Made by a program: the position numbers and the translations under genes
Origin: Amoebophrya sp. A120
Lineage: Eukaryota; Protista; Dinoflagellata
Assembly: GCA_905178155.1 (NCBI GenBank)
Contig: CAJINV010000001.1
Span: forward strand, 9,755,865 to 9,819,864
Length of the DNA: 64,000 bases
Direction of reading: 5' to 3'
In this document: positions 23,607 through 35,600 of the stretch, one piece after another
Position numbering within the stretch: position 1 is the stretch's first letter
Layout of the letters: the number at the start of each line of letters is the position of its first letter
The notes under the pieces: model-generated
Database searches by the model: none
Told to the model about the DNA's origin: nothing
The model's input: the letters and a program-made list of their open reading frames with translations, nothing else

Positions 23607-24060
23607 GGATTTAAAGTATTTCGCTCTCACTTTGGGCTACAAGACTACTCTCACATCTCCTCTCATGTCATCTTCTTCATGTGAAGCGTAGTTGCATTCT
23701 CAGAGGGCCACCGGGAGAAAAGAGGGACCTTGCGCAACGCGCAACTTCGAACCCGCTCTGCAAACGGGCTCCTAGACTGTAGCACAAGTCGCATTGAGGC
23801 TTCTTCATTCCACACGATCAAGCATAAGTACTTTGGATCAACGAGCGGCGCACGATAGAAGAAGCAAAGAGCGAACACCACCTTTTGAACGCACAGCAGT
23901 TGCGGCAAATCGGGCACACTTTCTTTTTTTGTAGGTCTAAGGCAGCTAGATTGAGAATATCACCAGATCGTGTTCATCATTTCCCTTCAGACATCAAATT
24001 TTTCTAAAATCTGACTCTTTGCAGGAAAACACATTTTCACCGAGTCGCTATCCCAACATC

Positions 24061-25397
24061 TTAGGCCTTCAACGCGTAGCTTCGCTGCGGGAAGTTCTGA
24101 GCGCGGGTCTTCTCCTTCTGGGTGACCAAAGCCTTCTGCTTCTTGGTCAGCGCACGGCGGATAGCGCGGGTCTTCTTCGGGCGCAGGTCCAACGGAACGT
24201 ACCTGTGGGTTGAAGCAGAAGAGAGGTTTTTCGAAATATTTAGATTTATGCATTCATCATTACAATCCGATGCAGATCGAATACAAACAGCATACGCATT
24301 TACGCGCAATATTGTGTCGATGGATTGCCGCTTCGAAAAGCCCACCTTGCGGAGCTCATCAAACAGGGTAATCAAACCGAGGTGCTTCATTTAGGGAAAC
24401 TATGGCAGAAAAGAGGTCCGCTCATGAGACTCTCCCTCTGTGGCTAGAATCCCGGATGCGCACAAGCATCTTCCAGGCGATAGACAGAGGAATCTAAAAT
24501 GTCGGAAAGTCAGGCACTTCACATGTACCGAGAAATGACAACACAGTGACGATTCTGTGCCCGACCCACCCAAAGATTTCCTTCTTGGGAAACCATGGCA
24601 GAAAAGAGGTCCGCTCTAGAGATTCTCCCTCTGTGGCTGGAATCCCGGATGCGCACAAGCATCTTTTATGCGATAGACAGACGAATCTAAAATGTCGGAA
24701 AGTCAGGCACTTCACATGTACCGAAAATTGACAACACAGTGACGCTCTGTGCCCGACCCTCCTAAAGATTTCCTTCTGGGGAAACCATGGCAGAAAAGAG
24801 GTCCGCTCGTGAGATTCTCCCTCTGTGGCTGGAATCCCGTACGAAGCCAAAGACAGGCATCGTCGAAACCTAACTCGAACCTCCGAGTCAGATGCCGCAA
24901 GCAGCCGAGAGTTGTTATACGAATGCCCTGGCCTAAAGCTTCTGTCTCCGAGGTACCGAGCTGAAATCTCGCCACGCTGATCTAAATTTTTGCCTAACCT
25001 TTGGCAGAAAAGGGGACCGCGAGAAAACCCGAATCTCTCCCTCTGTGGCAACCGTCCCGGTCTACTTGACTACGTTATTTTCAAGCAGTACGAAAAACCA
25101 AGGCACGAATTTAGATTTCTCATATCTTCATGCCGCTATGCTTCTAAAACCATGAAAAGCACAAAAATACTTCTTTCCCGAGTATTTCTCGCGAGCCTCA
25201 CCGCGGATTTTCTGGTTGTACACGGTCAACAAACGAGCGATGTTCTTGCGGATGACCTTGATCTTGGCCATCTTGGCAGCGGCAGCCCCGGTGGCCTTCT
25301 GGACCTGCAGTTGCATCAGCTCCTGCTTCAGGTCCTCCAGCTCCTTGAGCATCTCCTTGCTCGTCTTGTTACGCTGTTCGTACGCACGAATCTTCAT
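24061..25397 (-). CDS. RPL35: 60S ribosomal protein L35 (uL29), 122 aa, 2 exons
   Basis: Exon 25397-25171 [11 protein letters not shown]...LKQEL..LQVQK...[19 protein letters not shown]...KYSGKK; exon 24202-24061 [20 protein letters not shown]...[10 protein letters not shown]; 968-nt GT-AG intron 25170-24203. Confidence 0.96.
24310..24453 (-). ncRNA. Intronic box H/ACA snoRNA candidate (snR34/SNORA65-like guide for LSU psi2826), variant with a unique 3' hairpin
   Basis: Hairpin GGGAUUCUA-GCCAC-AGAGGGAG...CUCUUUUCU-GCCA-UAGUUUCCC; perfect H box AAAUGA 14 nt after the pocket top; second hairpin (UCGGU/AUCGA, GAUU/AAUC, GAGCUC/GGGCUU); then ACA plus 3 nt. Confidence 0.7.
24497..24646 (-). ncRNA. 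Intronic box H/ACA snoRNA candidate, copy 2
   Basis: Same 5' guide hairpin; H-like AGAAGG 14 nt after the pocket; long second hairpin (GGUCGGGCAC/GUGCCUGACU) followed by G-ACA-UUU; about 150 nt. Confidence 0.65.
24690..24838 (-). ncRNA. Intronic box H/ACA snoRNA candidate, copy 3
   Basis: Near-identical to 24497-24646; 14-bp stem GGAGGGUCGGGCAC/GUGCCUGACUUUCC followed by G-ACA-UUU. Confidence 0.65.
24940..25058 (-). ncRNA. Diverged fourth H/ACA guide hairpin (3' boundary uncertain)
   Basis: GGUUGCCAC-AGAGGGAG...CCCUUUUCU-GCCA keeps the pocket and upper stem while the flanks diverge. The 5' pocket gives 9 bp with LSU GUGGCAGCC. Possible ACA at 24945-24943. Confidence 0.45.
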
Positions 25398-25546
25398 TTT
25401 GTCGGTTTTTTTTTGGTGATCTGGCCTTCTACCTAACACTAGCGCCTACTACACTAGGTTCCCTGTGGTGGTGTGAGTTCGAGAAGTAGTAGGATTGTGT
25501 TATGTGGAATAAATCTAAGGGACGGCTACCTTCAATCCCATACTGG

Positions 25547-25832
25547 GATCATTATGATCCTATTTAGATTTCTTGGCAATATTGTGATCCTCCGAGTAGA
25601 ACCATCTACTTTAGATCAGCTTATCACAATCTTCACGAGCACAGATCCTCTCGCACGAAAATTTAGATTTTTTGCAGATCCACGGCCGGATCTTCGTCTT
25701 TAGTTTCATCGGAACTAGATCTGTTGCAGAATGAAGCTCGTACCTATTGATCCACCTGTATTTCCTACTCGAGGTATCATTTTGATCCGCGGCTGGAAGA
25801 AGTGCGCAGCTCACAAGTTCATGATCTTGATC
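25547..25832. promoter_or_regulatory. GATC-dense array upstream of RPL35 (candidate cis-regulatory or methylation element)
   Basis: 12 GATC sites in 286 bp counted by eye (about 1 expected by chance). Function is inferred only. Confidence 0.35.
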
Positions 25833-26277
25833 TACCGAATCTTCGACTTTCATTCGGAGAGATTTTTCTAGATTTAGCCAGAACAGGTAGCACTGTAAGC
25901 GCGGAAACCCTCTCAGCGAGTTTGTCAGAGGTTCTCGGCCTCTCACACTCAAAATTCCGTTGCATACAATACAAAGTATTTACGCGCGCGAGAGATTCCA
26001 CAGAAAGCGACGGATCTCAGTTCGTTCGTTTCCCAGGATATGGAGAAGTAAGGAGCACGCAAGTACAAGCCAAAAGTATAACGGGTTTAGATATTCAAGT
26101 ACATCATTGGAATCTGGGATACAGTCTATAGGAGGTAGTGTTTTTCTTTTTAGGAAACGATCTCCCTCAATGGACTTAAGTATTCAGGAACGGGGAAACG
26201 ATCTAAATCTCAACTCACTGAGAAGTCCTAAATTTTAGTTCCCGGTGTTCAAAAAGGAATTCTCTCTTTCTCAACTC

Positions 26278-28988
26278 TTATGTGTTTTTACTGCCGTCTG
26301 ACCGCGCCGCAACCTCGGACGCCCGCTGAATCGCTCCGACGGCTTTCATGAGCTCGGGGTCACCTTGGAGCTTGTTCTCCTCAGCGTGCGCTTGCAGCGC
26401 GTTCCCCACATCCTCTGGTCGGACCCCGAGGCTGTTCGCGATGATACCGACGCCTTCTGTCAAGGTGTCCTCCACCACCTGCTGACTGTTCAGCGGGTCG
26501 GTACTTCCAGAGGCAAGATTGGATCCAAATACCGAGCCGAACTCATTAAAGTTGGCGCTGGTCCCCAGCTTCTGCTTCGCTCGCTTGGACTTGTCCTTGG
26601 ACGACGTAGAACTGCGCAGTTTTGAGATTTTCATTTAGATTTCAGAGCTGGATCTTTTTACTTTTAACAGGGCCCGAGATCAAAATCCGAAGTCCTAGTA
26701 CTACATACGAAAAGCTACGTGAATTTTTGACAAATTCAAATTTATGCTATACCCATCCTCCATTCCGGATGCCCCCTTGGCGAGACTTTTGTACAGCTGC
26801 TTTGACATTTTCTCTTTTTCCGCGCTCGACATCTGTGCGTAGGTCCTATCGCCCACCACTTGCCGCACCTTGTCCTGGGCAAAGTTGCTGCGATGCTCGT
26901 GATCCTGACCCTGAATGCCCAGTTGCCGCACCTGCAACTCCTGTGCGGACAACAGTTGCCGCTCCCAGGGAGAAATCATGGCCATCTCTTGCCGCATTTT
27001 CCTCTTTTGGATGAAATCACTCCGCTTTTCGTTTTGCTCTTTCGGCAATGGGCGCGCCCAGATCGGCACTCGTGCCTTCTTCCGCGCTGCCCGGGCGACC
27101 TTTTTCTTCTGCAACAGTCCCTCCGCGGCTTTCTGCGCCTCCTCCTGCGCTTTTCGCTTCGCCTCCTCCTCCTCTTCCGCGACGTCGTCGGCAAAGATCG
27201 CCTCGAGGGCCGCAAGTTCGGTTTCGGCTTTATTGGTCGGCACGAGTTCCACGAGCGACCGCGGCGCGTTCCCCATGCGCTCCATGCGGTGCACCGCGAT
27301 GCGCCACGCCCGCTCTTCACTGCCCTCCAGCTTCGAGTCGTCAATCGCACTCGTGGCCGCTTTTCCGCCGAAGAGGTGTTTCTGCTTCTGCTTCTCGGTT
27401 AAACCGGTATCCAGCACCCCCTTGCCCTTTTTCCTCTCCTGGTGCTGCGCCAGCATTTCCGGGCTGGCCTCCACGTGGAACACGTTCGCGTGCTCCACCT
27501 CGACGTATTCCTTCTTTTCCCGCGCCGCCTGCCGCACCAGGGATTTCATCACGTCGTGCTTTGGGTGCTTCAAGGTCGGGAACACCTTTCCAAACCCGGT
27601 CGGATCCTCGAGACACGCGAGCTGGTAGTGGTTGTTCTGCATGAACTTCTGGTGTGCGACGTTGTCCCGCATCAGTGCCGTGTGTACGCCGGATTGTTGC
27701 TGGGCCATGTTCGAGGCGTCCTCGTTCGGATCCGGGTGGTGGATTTCAAACGCGGCGTGTCTCTCCTTCAAGCCCTGCAGATCATTCGCTTTGCTGACCT
27801 TGTCTCCACTGCTCCACTTCACCGTGTCCGGGGATTGGCGCAAGAAGCCCTCGTACACTTCCCGCGGCTTGCCCTCCAGTGCGTCGTGCCGCGGCTTCGG
27901 TTTGAAGCTCGGGGTGCACCGCCAAGCGCGCGACGAATCTTTGCCGATGTCCGATTGCTTGTGGTAAAACTCCATTACTTGTCTCGGGTTCCGTTCCGGC
28001 TTGAACGTGCAAGACTCGCGATCTTTTCGCAGGATCTCTTCGACCCGACGGACCTCCCGTTGCCTCCTTTCCTCCGTCAAAACGCAGGCCTGCTTGTACA
28101 GGTAGTGGCCACGCGTCGGCCAGACCCGCGCATACTCGTCGCCGCGATACCAGTTCTGGATCCCCGGCAGGTTGAGGACGGGCTTGGATCGCATGCTGTC
28201 CAGTTCCAACCGTTCCAGCCATTCTTTCAAATGCTGCCGCCGCATCTTCTTGGTATCGATGAAGAGCTGGTTGCGCATCAAAAAGGCTTTTTCCCACCGA
28301 GGGATTTTCTTCCGCCAGTTCTTCGGAAAGCTCATCGTAATGCGATCTGTTTTTGATATTCAATGGACTTTGTTTCCACAAAAAAAAGGTGGCACTCATG
28401 GCAAAGAGGCATTATCAGTTGAGTCAAATTTCATTACAACTCTAAAAATATGGCCACAAGTGTACCAAAGTAATTTTTCTCCAACTCCGAAGCCTTGGCA
28501 TCCGAATCTGCAGTCATGTGCGGCTTGGGTTTTTGCGTCACATCGTACTTGAGCATTGCCCGCACACCCATCCACCGGACGCGCGTGTTGACGTACTCTT
28601 GCTCCCGCAAAAATTGCGACAACCGCTCCCTGCCCTGTTTCAACCGCTGAGATTCCCGGATACTCGGCAACCCGATGGTGGTGCGCTCGATGTCAGTCAT
28701 ACCGTGCTGGTCGCGGTAGTCCGGGAGTTCTTCCGGGATGTCATGCATGTCCCGAAATTCCTCCAGGCGAGGCCCCTCTGGCATGATGATGTTTCCCACG
28801 GACGAAATAGGTTTCGATTTGGACGAAGTTTTGCTCAAAGGCACCACGCCGATGCCCGTGCCGTCGTAATCCACCTGCTCGTCATCTACTTGATTAGGAA
28901 ATGTGCCCGACAGTGTCGAGGGGCTCGCCAACGGTGGTGGCGGGGCGGACACTCCCCGGATGGCAGCGCCACCGAGATTATCCGCCAT
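26278..28988 (-). CDS. Hypothetical protein of about 782 aa, 3 exons, basic and coiled-coil, with a CTFKP motif
   Basis: Exons 28988-28568, 28346-26753 and 26611-26278 join in frame through GT-AG introns (2349 nt). Confidence 0.6.
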
Positions 28989-29650
28989 GATTGACGTTTG
29001 TGACGTTTAGGTCTCGCGGCGCTAGTAAAGAATCATAAGAGAGTGTTTGTATTGGAGAGAAATATCCGAGTTTTCAGGGTAGACGAGGGCCTGGGGAGAG
29101 TAAGTGTTGAATCTGAAGGATAAAGTAACGCATTACAGACGAAGCGGAAAGCTGTACGAAATTTTCAAAATGATGGTGCACGATGCAGTGGATGCTGGAC
29201 ATTTTGTACGAGTTCACGAATGCAAGACGCACATTTTGGCACGATCCACCGACCAGAAAAAGCAGGAGCAGAACGAGAACCGAGAAATAGATTAATTCGT
29301 GCGGCTTTTGCGCAGCGGGAAAACGAATTTGCGTAGAGATTAAACCGAAGGGTTCGCTGAGTCCTCTTTCAGGTACGATGATAACAGCACAAGGCGTGGA
29401 AACAGTCCAAAGAAGCGCAAGCGCTTGCGCTGCGTTAGCAGTACAACACAGCAGGATGCAGATTCGAGATGTTCTTTGTTCAGAAAAATTCCGTGTATAC
29501 TACGCATCCAAAATGCCGAACTAGGTTCAAGCGCGTGTGGGAGAGAATCTAATCCTGTGTCGCTTATTTCAAGTTCGTCGCTTCACGATTCATTTCAATT
29601 TCAGCATGCAAGAGGAGAGGCACATGCGCCCCGCAGAGGCAGATGCTTAC

Positions 29651-32600
29651 TTAGAATTGCATCATTGGGTTCATATTCACAGGGAGCGTTTCGATCCGCG
29701 CGCTGAGATGGTTCAAGTTCCGGATCACCTGCTCCCCCACTTGAGCGGGCCCCAAATGCTGCAGCTCCTGCGTGAGGGCTTGATAGCACTTGCGCAACTC
29801 CATAATTTCGGCTCCCACGTTTCGCCCCTGCTGCGCTGTCAGGGAGAGCTGTTCTTGCCACTGCAGCAGCATCATGTGCTTCAACTCGTACAGAGCCGTG
29901 CATTTCGGTATCGGCGCGCTCGCAAAGGCGAGGTACATCTCCGGCCAGGACAACAGGCACTCGCGCAGCACCTCAATGCAGAAAACGACACTGGATTGCC
30001 TTGCCTGCGTGTACTCGAAGAGCCTCAAAGCAATCAGGTCGACCGGGAGAAACAGGGAGTTTTGTGCCCGCGCTTCGACTTGCTGGGTTATCGCATGTTG
30101 GTTCGCGAACTGATTCACACGAAAGTCCATGCCCATGGTTCCCGGCATTTGGTTGTCCCGTGCGCGCAAATACGCTCCGGATAGCCGCGTGACAAAATCT
30201 TTCGCTTCGTCCGGAAAGCCGTTCACCTGCAAGTTCTCTCGCAGTGCAATGTCCACGTAGTGCCGCAAATGCCTCGTGTCCCCGTGCCAGTAGCAAATAC
30301 CGATGTGCGTGACGAACAGTCGATACTTGTCGGCGATGGCGCGCAGCACCGGTATGTCGAGCACACTGGCTTGCACGTCGCGAATCACCGGCTGTAGGGA
30401 AGCAGCAGTAGTAGCTCCTTTCCGCTGCTGGTCCTCGAGCTCTAGCTTCGCGGTGCTCTGGCAGTTGAGTTGCCGGATCAAGAACTGGATGTTGGCCTGC
30501 ACGTCCTGCAAATTCTGATCCTGACTGATCATGGACGCAATTCGTAAGAAGCCGATTCTGTCGTCTAAACTGTAAACGGGGCCCGCGTCGTTGGCCACAT
30601 CCGCGGGCCAGGGTAGCCGTGCGATTGCTCGGTACTCCTCACACGCGTCCAGAAACCGATTGTTGGCCTGCAAGTATTTGCACAGCATTTCGGGCTGCGT
30701 TGGGCGCTGGCCGACAAGGAACGGCTCCAAGTACGGGGATTCGAGCTCCCAGATCGGCAAGTTCCACTTGCGAAGGAGCTTGAAAAGACCGCACTGCAAG
30801 AGCTGGTCCGGGGTGTGGAGAACGTACTGGATAAGTTTGTCGACAATGCTCGAGGCTTCGATGGCGTTTAAGTTGCCGGGAATGATGAGAGGCACCTCGT
30901 TGACACCTGTACATTGGATTTGATTTGAAAGAGGTTTCATCAAGCGAGGATCGATAGCAAACTCTTCGCGATCTTGTCATACAGGATGGAGCTACAAGCT
31001 GTAGCTACAGGTGTAATTCATACTATTTCGTCCCTCAATCAGGATTTTTTAGAAAACCATTCAGATGTCGAAAACTACCTAGAAGCTATACCATGAAAGC
31101 CCGTATGCGCTCCCCTCCGCATCGGCACCCGCCCTTCCGCACGAATCAGAAGGTCCTCAAAAGCGCTGTAAAGCGGATTGTAGAGGCTCAACCTGGTCGT
31201 GTGCAGAGCCACATGGCTGTTTGGATTGCTTATCACCTCGTCGTTTGGATCTAATTGCTTGGCCTTTCTAGCGGCAAACTCCACCAACGTCCTGATACAC
31301 CCCCGCGCTCGCAGACGCGAGCCAGTTTCCCGCATGTCGACTATGGCGATGTTCTTTTCTAAAAGTGCGATCGCGGGGCCAACATCGATATTGGGCGTTT
31401 CGAGCATTTCGTACGCGTGCTGAATTTCAGCCTCGGCCATGGAAATCAAATGCGGACACTTCTTCGCTATCAGCGTGCAATCGAAGAATTTCGGTGCCTC
31501 TTTGACCAGCTGCTGTACCGCGGCACGGCCATTGTCCCCCTGCACCAGGTCGCGGAAGGGGAGCTGTGCTAGTCCCGATAAATCGTGACGGCCGTTTTCC
31601 ACCAGGAGCCGCTGCGCGAGCAAGTGAAGAAACTGCAGCACGCCGATTGAGCGCTCGACGATGGTGCTCATGCCTTCAAACAAAACCCGCTCATCGCCGA
31701 AGTACTCGACGTTGGTGCGTCGGGCCTTCTGGAGCACTCGCCGGACACCGCGCAGAGTGGCGTCTAACCACTCGCGCTCGCTTCTTCGCCAAGTGACGCA
31801 GTAGGACGAGAAGCGATTCACATTCTGGTTCTGCCCCGACAGAAAAGAATCGTCGCGACCGCGCTTCACGCCTCCCTGCGTGGGCACGTAGGAGTTCGGT
31901 TGCTTCACCTGCATGACCTGCAGAACTTTCACGAGCCAGAAGGGACGCACTAAACGCGAGATGTAGAGAATCAAGCCCCGCACGCGACACGTTTCTGCGA
32001 GTCTTTGCTCCGCGCCCCTGCTCACGACGTAGCCGTATCCGGAGAGGAAATTTTGCGACTGCGGCTGCGCAAGGACTTGGGGTTGGTTCATATTAGCGTT
32101 CTGCTGCTGTGCAGTTTGCTGTCTACCGCCACCAGGTATGTTCAGCTGCTGCGGATTATTCGGCACTCCGGGTCCGGGCAGCTGTTGTCCTCCAGGAAGA
32201 TTGTTAGCAACCCGGAAGTTCGCATCGTAAACCACCAATCCGCCAACGCGAAGGGCCGCTTCCGTGGTAAACAGCATGCGTTCGGCGGCGCTCGCGGCAG
32301 ACGTCAGATCCGGGTGCCAGCCTGCGCTGCTCCACACGTCGTCAATTTCATCGTTGATGGCTTGCTGTATCTGGTTCTGCACCGCGAGCTGGTGGCTGCT
32401 GAAGAACGGATCTTCCGGTACTGGTTCCGCGATGGCCAGCTGCATCATCATGTCGCTTTTTCTTCTTTGCCTCGCCGTAGTTCCTGGTGTGACCCCCGTG
32501 CGCATGTACGCGTCTACTTGGGCGGGCTGTTGTACTAACGCGAGCTGCCGATTTGTTGGTGTCGCCATGCCAGAAGTGTCCGTGATCATCGGCGCCAATC

Positions 32601-35600
32601 CGGGACTACTCGCGGCCCCGAGCTGCTGCTGCTTCTTGCGGAAAGCTGAGGGAAGAGCGGAAGAAAACCCGCGCATCCCCGATGTCATGCTACTGTAATT
32701 CAAATCTTCGATCCCGGCGTTCGCAAGAGCTCGATTCCTCACACTGGCGAATGACTCGGGCGGTCTTCCGACGTGTTCCAAAGCTTTGACCGTGCCGGGT
32801 GTCGCCAAAGTTGTCGCATGCTGACCCGCATACATGCCCAAATCTGTCAAGGGTCGCGGCGCGCCTCCAAGACCGCCGCCAAATCCCCTGTTTTTTCCGC
32901 TCGGACCACCAAACAAGCCGCCACCTCGTCGCAAACACGCAGCCGTGTTCAAATTTGCAGCCCCACTGGCGATTTGGAAACACACGGCCATTCCCTCCTC
33001 TGCTGTGTAAGATTCGAAAAACTGCGCCGCCGACTGTTCGAAGGACTGCTCGATGTTGTTGCTTGAATTCGCGATCACCAGGTCCCGCATCAACTCCTCC
33101 GCGGGCCGAAGCCGCTGCAGGAAGAGGATGCCCTCTGAGGTCAAGAGGTAGAACTGCCGGGACTCCAGCGCTTGCTGCGTGCAGAGCTCGGATAGCTGGG
33201 AGTATTGCAAAAACGGTGTCTCTTCTTGCTTTTTCCAAGTTGGGCGTAATCGCAATCCGGAGCTGTTGCCGCCACTTTGCATGTTGGCACCACTGCTGGC
33301 ATTTGTTGCAAAAGACTGCTGTTTGTTGAAAAAATCGGCTCCCTGATCTACCATACCGCCCATAGCGCTTGAAAACGGATATGCAACAGGGGGCTGCATC
33401 GGAACTGCAGGAACGAGTTGAGACTGTTCCGGTGCCCCCATAGCTGGGACGATGCTAGATTCCGTGACTTCACCAATCTGGAAAAACTTGCTGGGTTCCT
33501 TCCCTACTCCATTCTTGTCTGCTCCAGCAAAGGCGCTGCTCTTCGCACCACCGAAGCTCATGAATTGTGCGCCCTGGCTCTGCTGATCCGTGCTTCCCGT
33601 GTAGACTGGATCCGTGAGTTTGCTGCCTAAAGCCAGCTCACCGATCGAGAAAATCTCGGCCGCGAAACCGTTCGGGTGGAGCGGCAAAATATCGTACCGC
33701 TCTGACGGTAACCCCCGCAGAGTCCACGGCGTGCGGCTCGCCACCCGCTGCGATATCGAGCGCATGTCTGTGGAGATGCAGAGCAGTCGGTTGCTGCAGA
33801 GCTCATCGTCCTCGTCGATTAGGTGTTGATCGGCTTCCAAAGACGCCAAATCTAGATTGTCGTCAAAAATGCCCCTTCTTCCGTCCCGTTTCGCGACCAT
33901 CGGCGCGTCTCCATCCAAACCTGCTCCGGGGTTCTGCTGTTGTAGTTCATCAACGTACTCGGACTTATCCCTTGCTTTGCTGCTGACGTGCGCGCGCATG
34001 AGTAGCTGCACCTGGGCCAAGTTCCTCTTCACGGTCGGTCGGACGCAGAGAAGGGTTACACCGGAAAGTGAATAAGCGTCGTTTACCAGGTACGGCATGT
34101 TGTCCTTCCCCCCGTCTTCCCAGGGGAACACGTCGACCGGCGGTGCTTGCGCGTGTCCAATTTTGATGTTCCGGAGCGCGGTCGAGATCGAATGTCCTCG
34201 TCTTGCCTCCTCTACTAAGTGGTGCAACGCGGCGTCCGCCGTCGGCATGCCGGCACCGTGGGCAACTTGCAGCCTTTGCTGCGCAGCGCGGGACTGCCCG
34301 TTCCGATCAGAGGGAGCGGATCGCTGACCGAACGCGAGTTTGACAACAAAGCTCCCATTGAAAAATATCCTCGTCCCGTCGCGGCAAACCGCCTGCAACA
34401 CGCAGTCCGTTGCTTCGTACTGCATGCTTGTTCTCTGCGCCATACTGATCCCTGCGATTTGCTGCCTCACAGAATTTTGCCCATGCGGCGGAACCTGCGT
34501 CTCCCAACCCGCAGTGCGAATCATCGGAAATATCTTCACGATGCTGTTATTGACTTTCATCGCAGTCACTGCGTCCTGGACGCGCGTCTTGCTGTCAACA
34601 GTGCCAGCAGGAGGTTTTATTTGCTCATTCGTATTTCCTCCGTTGTTCACAGTTGAGGTTGGCGCTCCTGCCCCTGATGATCCTGGTATGACACCTCCGG
34701 TGGAAACCTGCGATTGGAGACCTCCAACAGTGCTATTCGTTGACATCGGAATTGCCGTACTCGCGAGCAAACTGCCTCCGCCCTGCATGGACATGGTATT
34801 TATCGCGGACATCCCCGCGGCGCTCTTTTCCTCCTCCTCCAAGCCCTTTTTGATCCCATTCGGATCAAACACTTTTTTCGGATCGGGGAACCGAATCCCC
34901 GGGATCGGCTTCGCGGTACTGAGCATACTCGGGATGTTGAGCCGGCGGAGATTTACCATGATGTCCTTGATGAAAAACTCGAAGAGGAAATGGCACCGCG
35001 GGTTCATGTCCTCTTCCGGACTCGGCTCCGACCCGCTTGACGTGCTCCCTGCCGTGCAGTTCGACCCCGATTTATTCGCACCGACGTTGCTCGCAATGTC
35101 GAAAACGAGAATCACGTCCCTGCGTAAGGCGTAAAGGAGTTCTCTCGTCGAGTCCACGGTCAGTTGCTCCACCGCCTTCTCCGGATTGTTGTTCGACGAC
35201 CCGAACAAACTGGAGAGAAACGCAGGTAGATACCCGGCGGACCTCAATGTGTGCTTTGCACACGCCGCCCGCTTCCGGAAAAACCCCCGGTCGTCCTCCC
35301 GCGTGTACCGGAACTCGTAGATTCCGCCGTCCTGCCCGCCCATGAAAATCCTCCTGGACCGCGGATCCCCCTCGATCCGAATTATCCTCGTGTCGTCCGT
35401 CGCCAGCGTGTACGTCGGCAGCTTTTGCAGCTGGATCCCCGCGTCGGGGCGAAAGCGGAGGGAGTGGAGCGAAACCTCGGACACGGTCGTGAGGACCAGG
35501 ACAAAGTCCGCCTCGAGGAAGGATTTGGCGCGCACGACCGCCGCTGCGAGGATGTCCTGGTCGACGCCGATGTACTCCTTCGATCGGTTGTCTGAAGTCC

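Larger units (their letters stand above)
24394..24838. repeat. Tandem repeat, about 193-nt unit x 2.3, inside the RPL35 intron
   Basis: Units start at 24394, 24587 and 24779 (gggaaac[ct]atggcagaaaagaggtccgctc...) and are highly similar. Confidence 0.95.

Noticed and set aside
24061-24390. ORF 24061-24390 as a stand-alone gene
   Set aside because: Its 3' part is RPL35 exon 2 and its 5' part is intron/snoRNA sequence.
24575-24596. AAACCAT resembling the U17/snR30 m2 motif
   Set aside because: It is on the non-transcribed strand and there is no properly placed m1 motif.
24394-24838. Tandem repeat as a CRISPR array or introner element
   Set aside because: Units are about 193 nt with no unique spacers, there are no cas genes, the context is eukaryotic, and the intron ends are plain GT-AG without terminal inverted repeats.
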